64,000 nucleotides of DNA, from the IMG/VR virus record IMGVR_UViG_3300037493_001250; one strand, given 5' to 3'. Both the position numbers and the translations under genes were made by a program. Below the pieces are notes generated by a model, which saw only the letters and a list, made by a program, of their open reading frames with translations, was not told where the DNA came from and ran no database searches. Source of the DNA: an uncultured virus (IMG/VR IMGVR_UViG_3300037493_001250) (Duplodnaviria; Heunggongvirae; Uroviricota; Caudoviricetes). Of this stretch, positions 1 to 10,743 are shown piece after piece. The first letter of the stretch is position 1. Each line of letters opens with the position of its first letter.

Positions 1-3000
1 GGACTAGGTGATGGTTTAAAGACTTTATCATCTTTTGCGGGTATTGAAGAAGGTGTTGTAATGGGAGACTATCTAAACTCTTTATTCACATTAAGTAGTC
101 CTAAGATAGATAACGTAAAAGACTTATTAGATATAACTAAGCTAAGTCGTTCTGCTGGTCAAATGATAGGCGGTATGACTCCTATGATTGCAGCACAAGC
201 TACAGTAGCAGCTTTAACAAGTGGTGCTTCTATACCAACTCAATTAATGCTTCAAGGAGGAATTGGTTTTACATTGGAGACAATGCAAAATGCGGGTGGT
301 GCTTATGAAGATAAGTTTGCAGAGACAGGTAACGTAGCAGCCTCAGAAAAAGCAGCTCAAATGCAAATAGAAGGTAATGCTTATTTGCTTCCTTTATATG
401 CTTTAGATGGATTACCATTCCTATCAGAGGTAACTTTAGGTATTAAAAATATTGCACTTAGAGGATTAGCCAAAGGTGCGATTGAGACAATAACGGAATT
501 ACCTCAAGAGTATTTTCAAGGTACATTTGAAGAATTAGCTCGTGAAAATAAAGGATTGAGTGATGTAGCAGAAAAAATGACTTTAGAAAGACTAGGGGAT
601 ACTGCTTTAAATATTATTCCATCTACCTTTACTATGGGTTCTGTACCAACATATGCAGGAGGAATAAGTCAATATGTTAAAAATGTAAACGCTTCTGCAT
701 TTGGTGCTAAACAAGATTTGGCTAGAATGTCTACAACTGCTTTACAGCAATATTTATATGGCATTACTTTACAAAGGGGAGAAGCTTTTGCAAAAGCATA
801 CCTAAGTGGGTTGCAACAGAACGGAAGTTTGAATAATGTAGATTTAGTGCAAGTAGCTAATGTTATTAATACAGCTAAGACTGTAGTAGAAAATGCTGCT
901 AAATTTAATTTAAACAGAGGAAAGAGCAGAGTGTATTCTTACTTCATGCTTAACCAAGAAATGGCTAAAGCTGAATTAGAAACTTCAGAAACTTTATCGG
1001 TACAAAAAGCCGCAGAAGCAAGAATGAAGATGTATGAAGAAGCTGCTGTTAATTTCTTAAGCACGGGTAAAGCTGATATTGCTGTTATTACATTAGCTAA
1101 TAATGAGCAGTATGTTGCCAATTTCCAAGAAATAAAAGCCATGCTAGAAGACCCTAAGTTCTCTGCAAGATTAGCAAACGGACAATTAGAGGTTACATTA
1201 GAAAAAGATAAAGATGCAACTGGATTTACTGCATTAACAGAACAAATAAATCAAATAAAAGAACAAGGTAGAATTAACAGGGAAACAACAACAAATGGAG
1301 AAGGAACAATTGAAGGAGCTAACAGTACAGGAACTAATGTGGCTGAAGAAGGACTTGGAGTGGCAAATGAACCAGGTAGTGAAGGTATTGCGGGAGAAGG
1401 TGTACAAGCCGAAACAATATCCCAAGCACCAGTAACTGTTGAAGATATAGAAGCAAGAAGAGAAGAAGCGTTAAGCCAATATGATGAAGAAGGCCTTAAC
1501 GAAGCTTATACAGTTGGTAGTAATCAAACAATAGGCGAAAGAATTAATGAACAATACGATGCAGAAATAGCCGCTTTAGAAGCAGCACAAACAGAAGCCA
1601 AGCCAATTGAAGAGCAGATAGAAGATTTAAGAGCGGAAGAACAAACAGTATTAGCTGATGCTATTCCTGATATAGCTGAGTATCTAAAAGATGGCACATA
1701 TGGTGAAAACCAAGGTAATATGCCAGACGAGTTGTATGCTATCTATAAACCTATCTATGATAAATACAATGAAGCAATTACTGCTTTATCAGAAGAACAG
1801 CAGGCAGCAGAGGAAGCAGACACAACCCAAGTATCACAATCAATAGGTACATCACCTAAAAATCTAAGAGACCTTTATAATGTTAATAGAGACATATTTG
1901 GATTAGGAAGGTTACAAGCTCTTGCAAGTGCAATAGCAATGGATAGAATGGTTGGTGCAATGGCTAAACGTGCAGGCATAACAAAGGCTGCAATGTATGG
2001 TAGAATAGACTTTAAAAAAGATACAGAACAAAATATACTTAAAGCAGATAACGCATTATTCCAAGGTGTTGTAAATGGCGAGAATGTTACTCTTAGAAAT
2101 TTAGATGTAGATGTTGTAAACGGATTCTATTCTCCACTTGAAAAGATAATTGCAGAGTCAAAACAAGATAAGATGCCTGCAAAGCAATGGATTGATAAAT
2201 TTGCAAAGGGAGAAGAAGCAAAATGGACAGGGCTTACAGACTGGTTATCACAACAAGAAGGAAGTGTATCTAAGAAGGATATACTTAATTACTTAAAAGA
2301 CAACAGGATTAATATTGTTGAAGTGGTTAAGGGTTCAGATAAAAAAATTAAAGAGTTATTAAACAGAAGAAATGATTTACTTATTATTGTAGGGGACTAT
2401 GAAAGAAAAATAGATGAAGAACTAAGTAAGGGAGTAGATAAAGCAGATGTTTCTATTTTAAATGATTTAGTAAAATCCAAAGTTCAAGCACAAAAAGATT
2501 TTGCCGTAGCAGATAGATTATATAATAACGCAGCCCAAAAAGATAATACCAAATTCTCTCAATACCAATTAGAAGGAGAAAAAGAAAACTACAAAGAAGT
2601 ATTGGTTACGTTGCCAAATCAAAAAGATAATTCTGTTAAAATAGTTAAAAGTGGAGATGGATATGTTATAGAAAAAGGAGGACAGGCGATTAGCCCTTTA
2701 TTCTATACCAAAGAACAGGCAGAAAATAATATAGGAAACTATATTAATAATGAAGGTACATTTAAATCTTCTCACTTTGACGAACCAAACATTCTTGTTC
2801 ATTTAAGAATGAATACCCGTACTGATGCCGATGGAAATAAAGTATTATTCCTTGAAGAAGTACAGAGCGATTGGGGACAGAAAGGGAAGAAGGAAGGGTT
2901 TAAAGGGGACAAATCAGAACAAGAATTAAAATCGGAACTTGAAAGACTAAAACAGAGCAGAGTTACTTTAGGGAATGACAATGCTTATCTTACTTATCAA

Positions 3001-6000
3001 AAAGAAATATTAAATCCTATTGCACAAAAACTTTATGGCAAAAATTATTCAGGAAACTTGGATTATAACCAAAGGCAAGAAGTGGAGTTCCAAGTTTATT
3101 CAAAGGATAAAGAGTTATGGCGAAAAATAGAAAATGCCGATAAAGATTTAAGGAAACAATTAAATGATATTGATGCAAAAGAAACTGAAATAGAAAATAA
3201 GATACAAGAAACCCCTTATGCAGTTCCTTCCGCCCCATTTGTAATGGACACAAACGATTGGGTTAAACTTGGATTAAAGGTTGCCCTTAAAGAAGCAATT
3301 GCTCAAGGTGCTGTTAAGATAGCCTGGACAACAGGAGAGCAACAGAATGATAGGTATGATTTGAGAAAGCAGGTTGATAAAATTGAAATAGAAAAACGAG
3401 AAGGCGCAGATAGCTACAGAGCAAAGACATATAAAGATGGTGAAATATTAGAAGACCAAGACTACATTGCTTTTAATGAATTAGAAGGAATGTTTGGTAA
3501 AGAGATAGCTAAAAAAGTACAAGATGGAGAAAGTGTTTTTGAGGGCGAAGGATTAGCAGTAGGTGGTAAAGGTATGAAAGGCTTTTACGGCTCACCAACA
3601 GAAGGTAGCTTAGGAATTGTAGGTAATGTAGCTAAGAACTTGTTTAAGCAAGAGCCGAAAGTAACAGACTTTGGTGGTGAAGTTGAGATTGTTGACAATA
3701 AGATATTAAAAAATGGTAACGAAGTTGGTAGTATAAAGAAGTCAAAATTTGAAGGTGATTTTATTGTTGAAAATGATGAAACAGGAGAAAGATTTGCAGT
3801 AAAAAGTGAGAAAGAAGCAACTGATATTTTTCAAAAAGGGTTATCCATCCAACACTCCATAGACGTAACACCTGCTTTGCGTGCAGAGGTAGAAAAAGGA
3901 TTAGCATTATTCCAAAAAGAACAAGGTGTTGCTAAAGGTGCAATGGTAGCGGCTGATGGTCGTTTTATAATTTACGCTATAACAGACCCTAACATATCAA
4001 CTCCATTACATGAGCTTGCACACGTATTTGAGCATTACCTTACAGAAAGTGAAAGCAAAGCTATTATTAAAAGTGCAGGTACAAAAGGATGGACAACTGA
4101 AACAAGCGAATATTTTGCAAGAGGATTTGAGAAGTATCTTGCAGAAGGTAAATCACCTATCCCTGGTTTAGAGAAACTATTTGCTAAGTTTAAGGAGTGG
4201 TTAACTGAAATATACAATGGCATAGTAGGTAGCGATATAGACATTAAGTTAAACAAGCCTATGCGTGATATCTACGCAGCAATGTTAGGTAAAGAGCCTG
4301 CTTCAAAAACAGCAGCTAAACCTGCAAAGTCAGAACGTAAGGCAATAGCAGAAGCTAAGATAGATGATTTAGCTGCCAAGGCAAAAGAGTTCTTGCGTAA
4401 TAAGAATTTACCTGAAGGTACACAAGTATCTGGTATAAGCCAAAACAAAGTAATTGATTTAATGGCAAGTACCGTAAAGGCACTTGTAAATAGTGGTATA
4501 GAAATAGCTGAAGCCATTAAGCAGGTGCGTGATTTCTTTGAGCAAGAGTACGATACAAGTGCTGTTAAAGATTACGAAATAGTTCAGTCAATTGCAAAAA
4601 GCGAATTAACGGATGTTGCAAAAGACAATGGTTTCTCATCATACCGTGAAGCAGTATTTGCAGTAAACAAGTATGTGCGTGCAGTAGGTAAAGAAGATAT
4701 AATAACAAAAGCAGAAATAGAAAAAGCAGCAGTCGAAGCAAAGAAAGCTAAGTCTTCAGAAAAAAAGGGATTCACTGGTAAAAAGAAAGTAAGTAAGTTC
4801 TACCAAACAGCACTAGCATACGTTCAGAATACCCCTGCAAGATTGCAAGACTTCTTAAAGGCTAATCCATTATCTTATGGTGTTGTATCTAATGAAGAAT
4901 CTATTAAGAAAGGTATTGAATATATTGAAAAGAATGGATTTGAAGAAACAATAAATGCCTTTTTAGCTAAACGATTGGATGTTAATGAAGACCCTGAACT
5001 GGTAATCTTTATTGCATATTTATTAAGAGGTGGTTTAAGTGATGCATTCACCGACATATCTAGAAGCATGAATAATGCTACGGATACCGATGAATTAGCT
5101 GCATTAAAGGAAGAATCAGACAAGATATTCAATTACATGAAAGATGTGACAGTTATGCTTGCTGACTTTTATTTTCCATCTTTTGGTAGGGCAATACAAG
5201 CAGGAGCATTATTTGCACGAGATTTAAGTACAGAAGATGGAGCTATATTCCACTTTACTAAGTTAACAGAAGAAGCAGCAAAAAATGCAAGAACAGCTAA
5301 CTTACAACAAGCAACTGAGCAAGTTGACACTGTAAATGAAGTAGTAGAGGAAGGTAAGGCTCAAGCGGCAAAAGAAGTAACTGAATATATTGTTAGTTCA
5401 AAAGATGTTCAAGCTAGAAATGCAACTAAGTTATCAAAAGCAAGAAAAGCAGCAGCTGATGCAAGAGAGAAGTTAAAGGCTGCATTAGCAAAGTATAAGA
5501 TTCTAGGGATTGCAAACGACCCATGGCAGCAAGCTAAAAATGATGTTGCTACTGTAAAGGCACTAACAAATTATGTTGCTGCACAATTAAAGTATAAATC
5601 AGTACAGGCATCACAAATAGTAAAAGAAATTGCTGACTTGCTAGGTATAAACGCAAGGTATATCCCGAAATCTGACATCCAAGATATAATGGATGCTGCA
5701 AAAGTGCAAGCTGAGAAGGATATGACATTTGATGAGATTACAAATGTTACAACACCTAAAGGAACTGCTTATGCAGAGCGTGTAGGTAAAGAGCTATCAA
5801 AAGACCCAAGTGCTATTAACAAAACAGTAGAGTCTATAATAGAAGATTACTATATGGGTAATCAAACATTAGACGAGATTGTTGCTATGGTAAAGCAAAG
5901 GTTTGATGTTACAGATGCACAAGCTATTACTATTGCTAAGAAAATCCAAGATTCAATAAATAATAACATTACAAAAAATCTTGAGAAGCAACTTAACAAA

Positions 6001-9000
6001 AAAATAAAACAATTAAATGATAAGCGTTTAAAAGAAGAAAGTAATAAACCTGCAAAAGAACGCAAGCCAGTTAAAAGTCTTTATGATATAATGGCTCAGG
6101 CACAAATAATGGGTGTGCTAGATACTAATTCAATTCAAGCTATACTAGAAGAACTTTACAATGTGCCTACAGTAACACCTGAAGATATACAATTTGTAAA
6201 AGACACTTATTCTAAAATAAATAGCACAGGTGACTTAACTCGTAAAGCACAATTGATAGCTGATTTGCACAAAAGATTTGCAAGTAAAAACCCTATTTCA
6301 TTTAGTGAGGTTTATGAAGGTTTTTGGTATTCTTCAGTATTGAGTGGGCCATCAACAACAGACGTAAATATAAAATTCGGAATAGCTGTTTTTAAATTTG
6401 CTCTTGCAGATGCTATTAGTGGAACTTTAATTAACACTGCAAAAATTATAGCAGATAAGTTTAAGGGAAAGCAAAGCCCTTCTTCAATAGCATTAGAGGC
6501 AAATATACTATTAGCATCTTTTTGGAGAGCAGTTTTCCAAGTAGGAGTAATAAATATAGATTCTATAAAACGTGGAATTTTAACAAAGAAAGAAAGTCTT
6601 CCATTTTATGAGTCTGCACAAAATCTTGCATCTACATTATTAAGAGGGCCTCAAGCAATTAATGAGGAGTTAAGAAATACGGATATAAAAACAACAGATG
6701 CATATTTTAAAAACTATGTTCCAACAAAAATGCTTGCTAAGATATTGCTAAATCCACTTGTTTGGATTGATAAGGCAACTAATCTGCTTACTATACTAAC
6801 AAAGGGTGTTCCACGTGTAATAAATGCTGTAGATATATTCTTTGGTACAGCTATTAAAAATATAAACCTGGCTCAAGTATTAAGGTCATATTATATTTCA
6901 CAGGGCTTGTCAGGCAAGGAACTAGCAACAGCCATTAAAAGTGATTTAAACAGAAGCATTGAACAATTACGAGTTGCTCGTGACCTAGCTGCTAATGATA
7001 GATTAAACATTGACTTAGAGATTAAGCAAGAGAATGGTGAGTTTGTAGTATATGATACAGGCAAAAAGAAAAAGTCATTCCCAACAAGGTCAGCTGCAAA
7101 AGCATACATGGCTAAACTTTCTTACGAGGGAGATAAGTTTCAAAAAGGTGTCGTTGATTATCTTAATGCATCATTGCCTTTAGATGTTATTGACGCATCA
7201 AGACGTGTTGCTGCTCAATATGTATGTACGGGAGCTGTAGAAGGAAGAGGCCCTAAGTTTGTATATGGCATGGTTTTGCAATTCTCAAAGAAAACAATGG
7301 AATGGAGTAGTAATAAACCTCAGGGATTTGGTGTAAGACTTGCAAAATTTGCTGCTAGTAAGCTTTTAGTGTTTACAAAGGTTCCACTTAATATTTATAA
7401 TCTTTCACTTGAGTACACCCCCGCTTTAGTTTTTTTAAGGGCTAAATATACGGGCAATGAAGCATCGTTTTTTGCACAAGTATATAAAGAAAAAGCACAA
7501 CAAAGATTTTTGACTGGGTTTGTTGCGTTTTTAGCTTTGACTACACCTAAATTATTGTCTATGTTAATATTAAAAGAAGATGATGATGATAAAGAAAAGA
7601 AAACAAAAGAAGAAATAAAACGTAGAGAAGAGTTGGCTAAGAAGATGTATGAGCAATCTGATGTTAAGAAGGCTTTAGCAGGCATTCGTGAAAATGAAAT
7701 GACTGGTACTCAATGGTCAGAAAAGTTATTAGCTAATGAATCTGCCAAGCAAGAGGTAGAATTTACGGGACTAAAAAGTTTCTTAATGAGTAAATCAAGA
7801 ACACTAGTTACTAAAGAAAACATACAAACTTATATGGAATTGGCTGATAAAAGCCAACAACTATTTGCTTTACCTAAAGATGGTGAGATTGTAGGGTCTT
7901 TATCATTCTTGCCTCCTGGAACTAAAAAGTTTTTAAAAGAAAACAACCTAGCCGTTCCATTTCATACATGGGATGCAAAAGCAGGAATGTGGAAAGATTG
8001 GTCTATTAGTCCAAATATGTTAAACACAAGCTTTGCTGCTGCTATTTCTGACTATGTAAAATATGTAATTAATGACAAGACTAAATTTAATAGTGCAGCT
8101 CAACGTGCAAAGGAATTACAAAATGTTGCGTTTTATGTTGCAGGTAATTTAGTCCAAACATCAATTAACACATCTGGTTTTAAGTCTCAGAATCAATTAT
8201 TATTAACTCTTAATTCAGGAAATTATGAAAGGGTATTAGATGCTGTTGTGGATTTAACTTTTTCTTCTGTACAAACTACACCTGCACTTATGAAACAAGC
8301 AGTAGCAGGATTAGAAATGAGACTTAGAGAAAGAGTTGAGTTCTCAGATAGGCCATTCGCATACGTTGCAAGTAAAACAATTCCATTAGGTGGGTTATTC
8401 TTTTTAGGTGACAAGAAGTATGATATGTTTGGAGATGAAATTGCATATCTTGCAGGAGCGGATAGAGGATTTGTTTTAGCACATTTATTCTCATATACTC
8501 AAAAAGATTATGAAGCTAATCGAGCAAAGATGAGTGAGTTTTTACTTACAAATGGATATTCAAAATATCGTGATTTTGTTACAGAGTATAAGAAAAAGAA
8601 CACAGAAATAATAGATGTTAAAAATCCAGTTACAGTAGTTAATGGTTTAAATCAAACAAATTATTTAGATGAAGGTTTTACTGATAAAGAGCTTGGTGAA
8701 ATTGGATTAGCAGCAGCTAGAAGAGCAAAGCAAGTATTAATAGACAACATGATAGTTTTGAAAGAAATAGGTAGCCAAACAAATTTAGAAGCTATACCTT
8801 TGATATCGGCAGATTATACTATTCCTTTTAATCAGGCTATTGATTTTATATATACTACTATTTTTAGAGAAGAATGGAAAAATGCTTTAATTAAAAAGAA
8901 TTATGTAAATAAATATGGTCCTATAATATATAAAGCTGAAGAAGTTGAATCAAAAAATATTCCAAATGAATTAAAAGCTATTAAGAGTAGTATTACAGTA

Positions 9001-9069
9001 GAAACAAAAATACCAGTTAAAGCTATAATACCTATAGAATCTCAAGACTTAAACGAAGGAGCCGATTAA
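1..9069 (+). CDS. Giant polyvalent virion/ejection (cargo) protein, 5'-truncated; contains an HExxH zincin-like motif
   Basis: Frame +1 is open from base 1, before the ATG at 61; >3000 aa. PLHELAHVF motif (~4009-4023), conserved-looking GFYSPLE...WTGL and SHFDEPNILVHLR...EEVQSDW blocks, long helical C-terminal half. Cargo-like genes at the other window end fit a permuted genome. Confidence 0.75.
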   Translation, partial: GLGDGLKTLSSFAGIEEGVVMGDYLNSLFTLSSPKIDNVKDLLDITKLSRSAGQMIGGMTPMIAAQATVAALTSGASIPTQLMLQGGIGFTLETMQNAGGAYEDKFAETGNVAASEKAAQMQIEGNAYLLPLYALDGLPFLSEVTLGIKNIALRGLAKGAIETITELPQEYFQGTFEELARENKGLSDVAEKMTLERLGDTALNIIPSTFTMGSVPTYAGGISQYVKNVNASAFGAKQDLARMSTTALQQYLYGITLQRGEAFAKAYLSGLQQNGSLNNVDLVQVANVINTAKTVVENAAKFNLNRGKSRVYSYFMLNQEMAKAELETSETLSVQKAAEARMKMYEEAAVNFLSTGKADIAVITLANNEQYVANFQEIKAMLEDPKFSARLANGQLEVTLEKDKDATGFTALTEQINQIKEQGRINRETTTNGEGTIEGANSTGTNVAEEGLGVANEPGSEGIAGEGVQAETISQAPVTVEDIEARREEALSQYDEEGLNEAYTVGSNQTIGERINEQYDAEIAALEAAQTEAKPIEEQIEDLRAEEQTVLADAIPDIAEYLKDGTYGENQGNMPDELYAIYKPIYDKYNEAITALSEEQQAAEEADTTQVSQSIGTSPKNLRDLYNVNRDIFGLGRLQALASAIAMDRMVGAMAKRAGITKAAMYGRIDFKKDTEQNILKADNALFQGVVNGENVTLRNLDVDVVNGFYSPLEKIIAESKQDKMPAKQWIDKFAKGEEAKWTGLTDWLSQQEGSVSKKDILNYLKDNRINIVEVVKGSDKKIKELLNRRNDLLIIVGDYERKIDEELSKGVDKADVSILNDLVKSKVQAQKDFAVADRLYNNAAQKDNTKFSQYQLEGEKENYKEVLVTLPNQKDNSVKIVKSGDGYVIEKGGQAISPLFYTKEQAENNIGNYINNEGTFKSSHFDEPNILVHLRMNTRTDADGNKVLFLEEVQSDWGQKGKKEGFKGDKSEQELKSELERLKQSRVTLGNDNAYLTYQKEILNPIAQKLYGKNYSGNLDYNQRQEVEFQVYSKDKELWRKIENADKDLRKQLNDIDAKETEIENKIQETPYAVPSAPFVMDTNDWVKLGLKVALKEAIAQGAVKIAWTTGEQQNDRYDLRKQVDKIEIEKREGADSYRAKTYKDGEILEDQDYIAFNELEGMFGKEIAKKVQDGESVFEGEGLAVGGKGMKGFYGSPTEGSLGIVGNVAKNLFKQEPKVTDFGGEVEIVDNKILKNGNEVGSIKKSKFEGDFIVENDETGERFAVKSEKEATDIFQKGLSIQHSIDVTPALRAEVEKGLALFQKEQGVAKGAMVAADGRFIIYAITDPNISTPLHELAHVFEHYLTESESKAIIKSAGTKGWTTETSEYFARGFEKYLAEGKSPIPGLEKLFAKFKEWLTEIYNGIVGSDIDIKLNKPMRDIYAAMLGKEPASKTAAKPAKSERKAIAEAKIDDLAAKAKEFLRNKNLPEGTQVSGISQNKVIDLMASTVKALVNSGIEIAEAIKQVRDFFEQEYDTSAVKDYEIVQSIAKSELTDVAKDNGFSSYREAVFAVNKYVRAVGKEDIITKAEIEKAAVEAKKAKSSEKKGFTGKKKVSKFYQTALAYVQNTPARLQDFLKANPLSYGVVSNEESIKKGIEYIEKNGFEETINAFLAKRLDVNEDPELVIFIAYLLRGGLSDAFTDISRSMNNATDTDELAALKEESDKIFNYMKDVTVMLADFYFPSFGRAIQAGALFARDLSTEDGAIFHFTKLTEEAAKNARTANLQQATEQVDTVNEVVEEGKAQAAKEVTEYIVSSKDVQARNATKLSKARKAAADAREKLKAALAKYKILGIANDPWQQAKNDVATVKALTNYVAAQLKYKSVQASQIVKEIADLLGINARYIPKSDIQDIMDAAKVQAEKDMTFDEITNVTTPKGTAYAERVGKELSKDPSAINKTVESIIEDYYMGNQTLDEIVAMVKQRFDVTDAQAITIAKKIQDSINNNITKNLEKQLNKKIKQLNDKRLKEESNKPAKERKPVKSLYDIMAQAQIMGVLDTNSIQAILEELYNVPTVTPEDIQFVKDTYSKINSTGDLTRKAQLIADLHKRFASKNPISFSEVYEGFWYSSVLSGPSTTDVNIKFGIAVFKFALADAISGTLINTAKIIADKFKGKQSPSSIALEANILLASFWRAVFQVGVINIDSIKRGILTKKESLPFYESAQNLASTLLRGPQAINEELRNTDIKTTDAYFKNYVPTKMLAKILLNPLVWIDKATNLLTILTKGVPRVINAVDIFFGTAIKNINLAQVLRSYYISQGLSGKELATAIKSDLNRSIEQLRVARDLAANDRLNIDLEIKQENGEFVVYDTGKKKKSFPTRSAAKAYMAKLSYEGDKFQKGVVDYLNASLPLDVIDASRRVAAQYVCTGAVEGRGPKFVYGMVLQFSKKTMEWSSNKPQGFGVRLAKFAASKLLVFTKVPLNIYNLSLEYTPALVFLRAKYTGNEASFFAQVYKEKAQQRFLTGFVAFLALTTPKLLSMLILKEDDDDKEKKTKEEIKRREELAKKMYEQSDVKKALAGIRENEMTGTQWSEKLLANESAKQEVEFTGLKSFLMSKSRTLVTKENIQTYMELADKSQQLFALPKDGEIVGSLSFLPPGTKKFLKENNLAVPFHTWDAKAGMWKDWSISPNMLNTSFAAAISDYVKYVINDKTKFNSAAQRAKELQNVAFYVAGNLVQTSINTSGFKSQNQLLLTLNSGNYERVLDAVVDLTFSSVQTTPALMKQAVAGLEMRLRERVEFSDRPFAYVASKTIPLGGLFFLGDKKYDMFGDEIAYLAGADRGFVLAHLFSYTQKDYEANRAKMSEFLLTNGYSKYRDFVTEYKKKNTEIIDVKNPVTVVNGLNQTNYLDEGFTDKELGEIGLAAARRAKQVLIDNMIVLKEIGSQTNLEAIPLISADYTIPFNQAIDFIYTTIFREEWKNALIKKNYVNKYGPIIYKAEEVESKNIPNELKAIKSSITVETKIPVKAIIPIESQDLNEGAD

Positions 9070-9079
9070 TAATAATAAT

Positions 9080-9577
9080 ATGATAACACCTAAAAAACTA
9101 AACAAAGGGGCGGTTCAGTCCCTTTCGCAAAGATTAAAAGATGAGCAGACCGCTTATCGTTTGTACAGATACTTTTCAAATTGCCTAAGAAACAGTGGAT
9201 ATCTAATAGCTGCTAAGTACTTTGAAGGCGAAGCAATCGAAGAGCTAGAACACGCACACCTGCTTGAGAAGTATGCAACAGACTGGAACGTAGAGCTAGA
9301 GTTTCTAACTTTGGAAACTCCTGTTGAAGCAGACGGCATGGTAGAGATATTCGAAGCATCATATCTTCTAGAGTATGCTTTATTGCAAGAGTATTCTAAG
9401 AACGCAGTAGAGTGTATGGAAGATGGTGACATGAGCACGTTTAACTTCTTACAACAGTTTATTGCCATACAAACAAAAGCAGTAGCTGAATATGCTGATA
9501 AGTTGAATATGCTTGCATTGTTTGACCAAACCGACATGGATTGGTTATTTAACTTTGAGAAGAAACTTGTTAAATAA
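9080..9577 (+). CDS. Ferritin-like protein (four-helix, ferroxidase-centre residues)
   Basis: 165 aa; DEQTAYRLY, FEGEAIEELEHA, LLEY and FLQQFIAIQ match non-haem ferritin helix motifs. Confidence 0.85.
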   Translation: MITPKKLNKGAVQSLSQRLKDEQTAYRLYRYFSNCLRNSGYLIAAKYFEGEAIEELEHAHLLEKYATDWNVELEFLTLETPVEADGMVEIFEASYLLEYALLQEYSKNAVECMEDGDMSTFNFLQQFIAIQTKAVAEYADKLNMLALFDQTDMDWLFNFEKKLVK

Positions 9578-9583
9578 TTTGCT

Positions 9584-9591
9584 TATATTTG
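9584..9591 (+). promoter_or_regulatory. Bacteroidetes -7 promoter element (TATATTTG), 4 nt before the ATG
   Basis: Matches TAnnTTTG; intergenic. Confidence 0.65.
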
Positions 9592-9595
9592 CAAT

Positions 9596-10507
9596 ATGGC
9601 ACTTGATGTAAACTATACGTATAGTATCTATAACTCTGAAGGGAATAAAATGGTATTCGTAGATACCACCCCTCCCTATTCTGCAAATGAAACAGGGGGT
9701 TATGGCTCACCTAATATTACAAGGGCACAAGTGTCAATGGTAAGAATCCAATTTGGTAACTTCCCTGATATAACTGCACAAACAACAAAGATAGCAGGAG
9801 AAACACTTGTTCAGTATCGTAAGTACATTAAGACTACTGGTGCTGCACAAACCTATGACAATAAGGTTGTTGAGTCTGGAGATGTTTATATCCCTTTCTT
9901 AACAAGCACAACAGTTATTGTAGGTGATGTATTCCAAGACTTAGGTTACTATGTACCTTACGTGCCTGTAGCATCATTCTTGCCTACAACAAATAGCACT
10001 CCTTATATCTTAAGTATCACACAGGTAGGACTTGCAGCCACTAACGAAACAATAACGGACTTAGTATGGGACTTACAATATGAAGTATATGGGATAGCAA
10101 CAGGCACTACCTTTACAAGTGTGCAAGGGCAACAATACATTGTAGTAAGCGGTGGTACTGCTATACAGAGTGGTAACATATATCGTGTAGGAGAAGTGTT
10201 TGTAGGTAACGTAACGGCTGTTACGTTCACAGGTGGTGCAACAGTAGCCCCATTAAGGAGTACAACTGAGAAGACGTTTGTAACTGATTATAACTTAAGG
10301 TTAGCCATTTACAATTTGCAGTCTGAGCGTTTAGCCAATCCGTGTGCGTGTCAAAGTGATAGTGACATACAAATAGCCAAGCTGTACAATTTATTAGACT
10401 TTTTAAGTTACCAACAATACACGAATGCAGTAAGCTTCCAACAAGCTACAGACTTGCTAGAGTTTGGTATGGTACAAGTTTCACAAATTAAAAATCTACC
10501 TTGCTAA
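9596..10507 (+). CDS. Virion structural protein (paralog of 23300-24154)
   Basis: Beta-rich, T/V/Y-rich; shares YGSPN and YRVG(E/D)V motifs and a helical C-terminus with 23300-24154. Confidence 0.6.
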   Translation: MALDVNYTYSIYNSEGNKMVFVDTTPPYSANETGGYGSPNITRAQVSMVRIQFGNFPDITAQTTKIAGETLVQYRKYIKTTGAAQTYDNKVVESGDVYIPFLTSTTVIVGDVFQDLGYYVPYVPVASFLPTTNSTPYILSITQVGLAATNETITDLVWDLQYEVYGIATGTTFTSVQGQQYIVVSGGTAIQSGNIYRVGEVFVGNVTAVTFTGGATVAPLRSTTEKTFVTDYNLRLAIYNLQSERLANPCACQSDSDIQIAKLYNLLDFLSYQQYTNAVSFQQATDLLEFGMVQVSQIKNLPC

Positions 10508-10743
10508 TGTATTCATTAAGAACAGAGACATATAGAAGAGCGACATTTGACAAAGTTTGTACGACATTTGTAAAGAACATGTTTAACTACGTATCAGATG
10601 CGAGTTATACAACTATTAAGCCGTTAGATGTAAATTTAACAACACTGATGATAGACTACTTAGACTTTGCAATACAAGCAGAAGATGGCAACACAGCACT
10701 ACAAGACAAAGCATTAGACACAATAATAATTAGCGTAAAATAA
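10507..10743 (+). CDS. Hypothetical protein
   Basis: ATG overlaps the upstream TAA; its stop overlaps the next ATG (translational coupling). Confidence 0.6.
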   Translation: MYSLRTETYRRATFDKVCTTFVKNMFNYVSDASYTTIKPLDVNLTTLMIDYLDFAIQAEDGNTALQDKALDTIIISVK

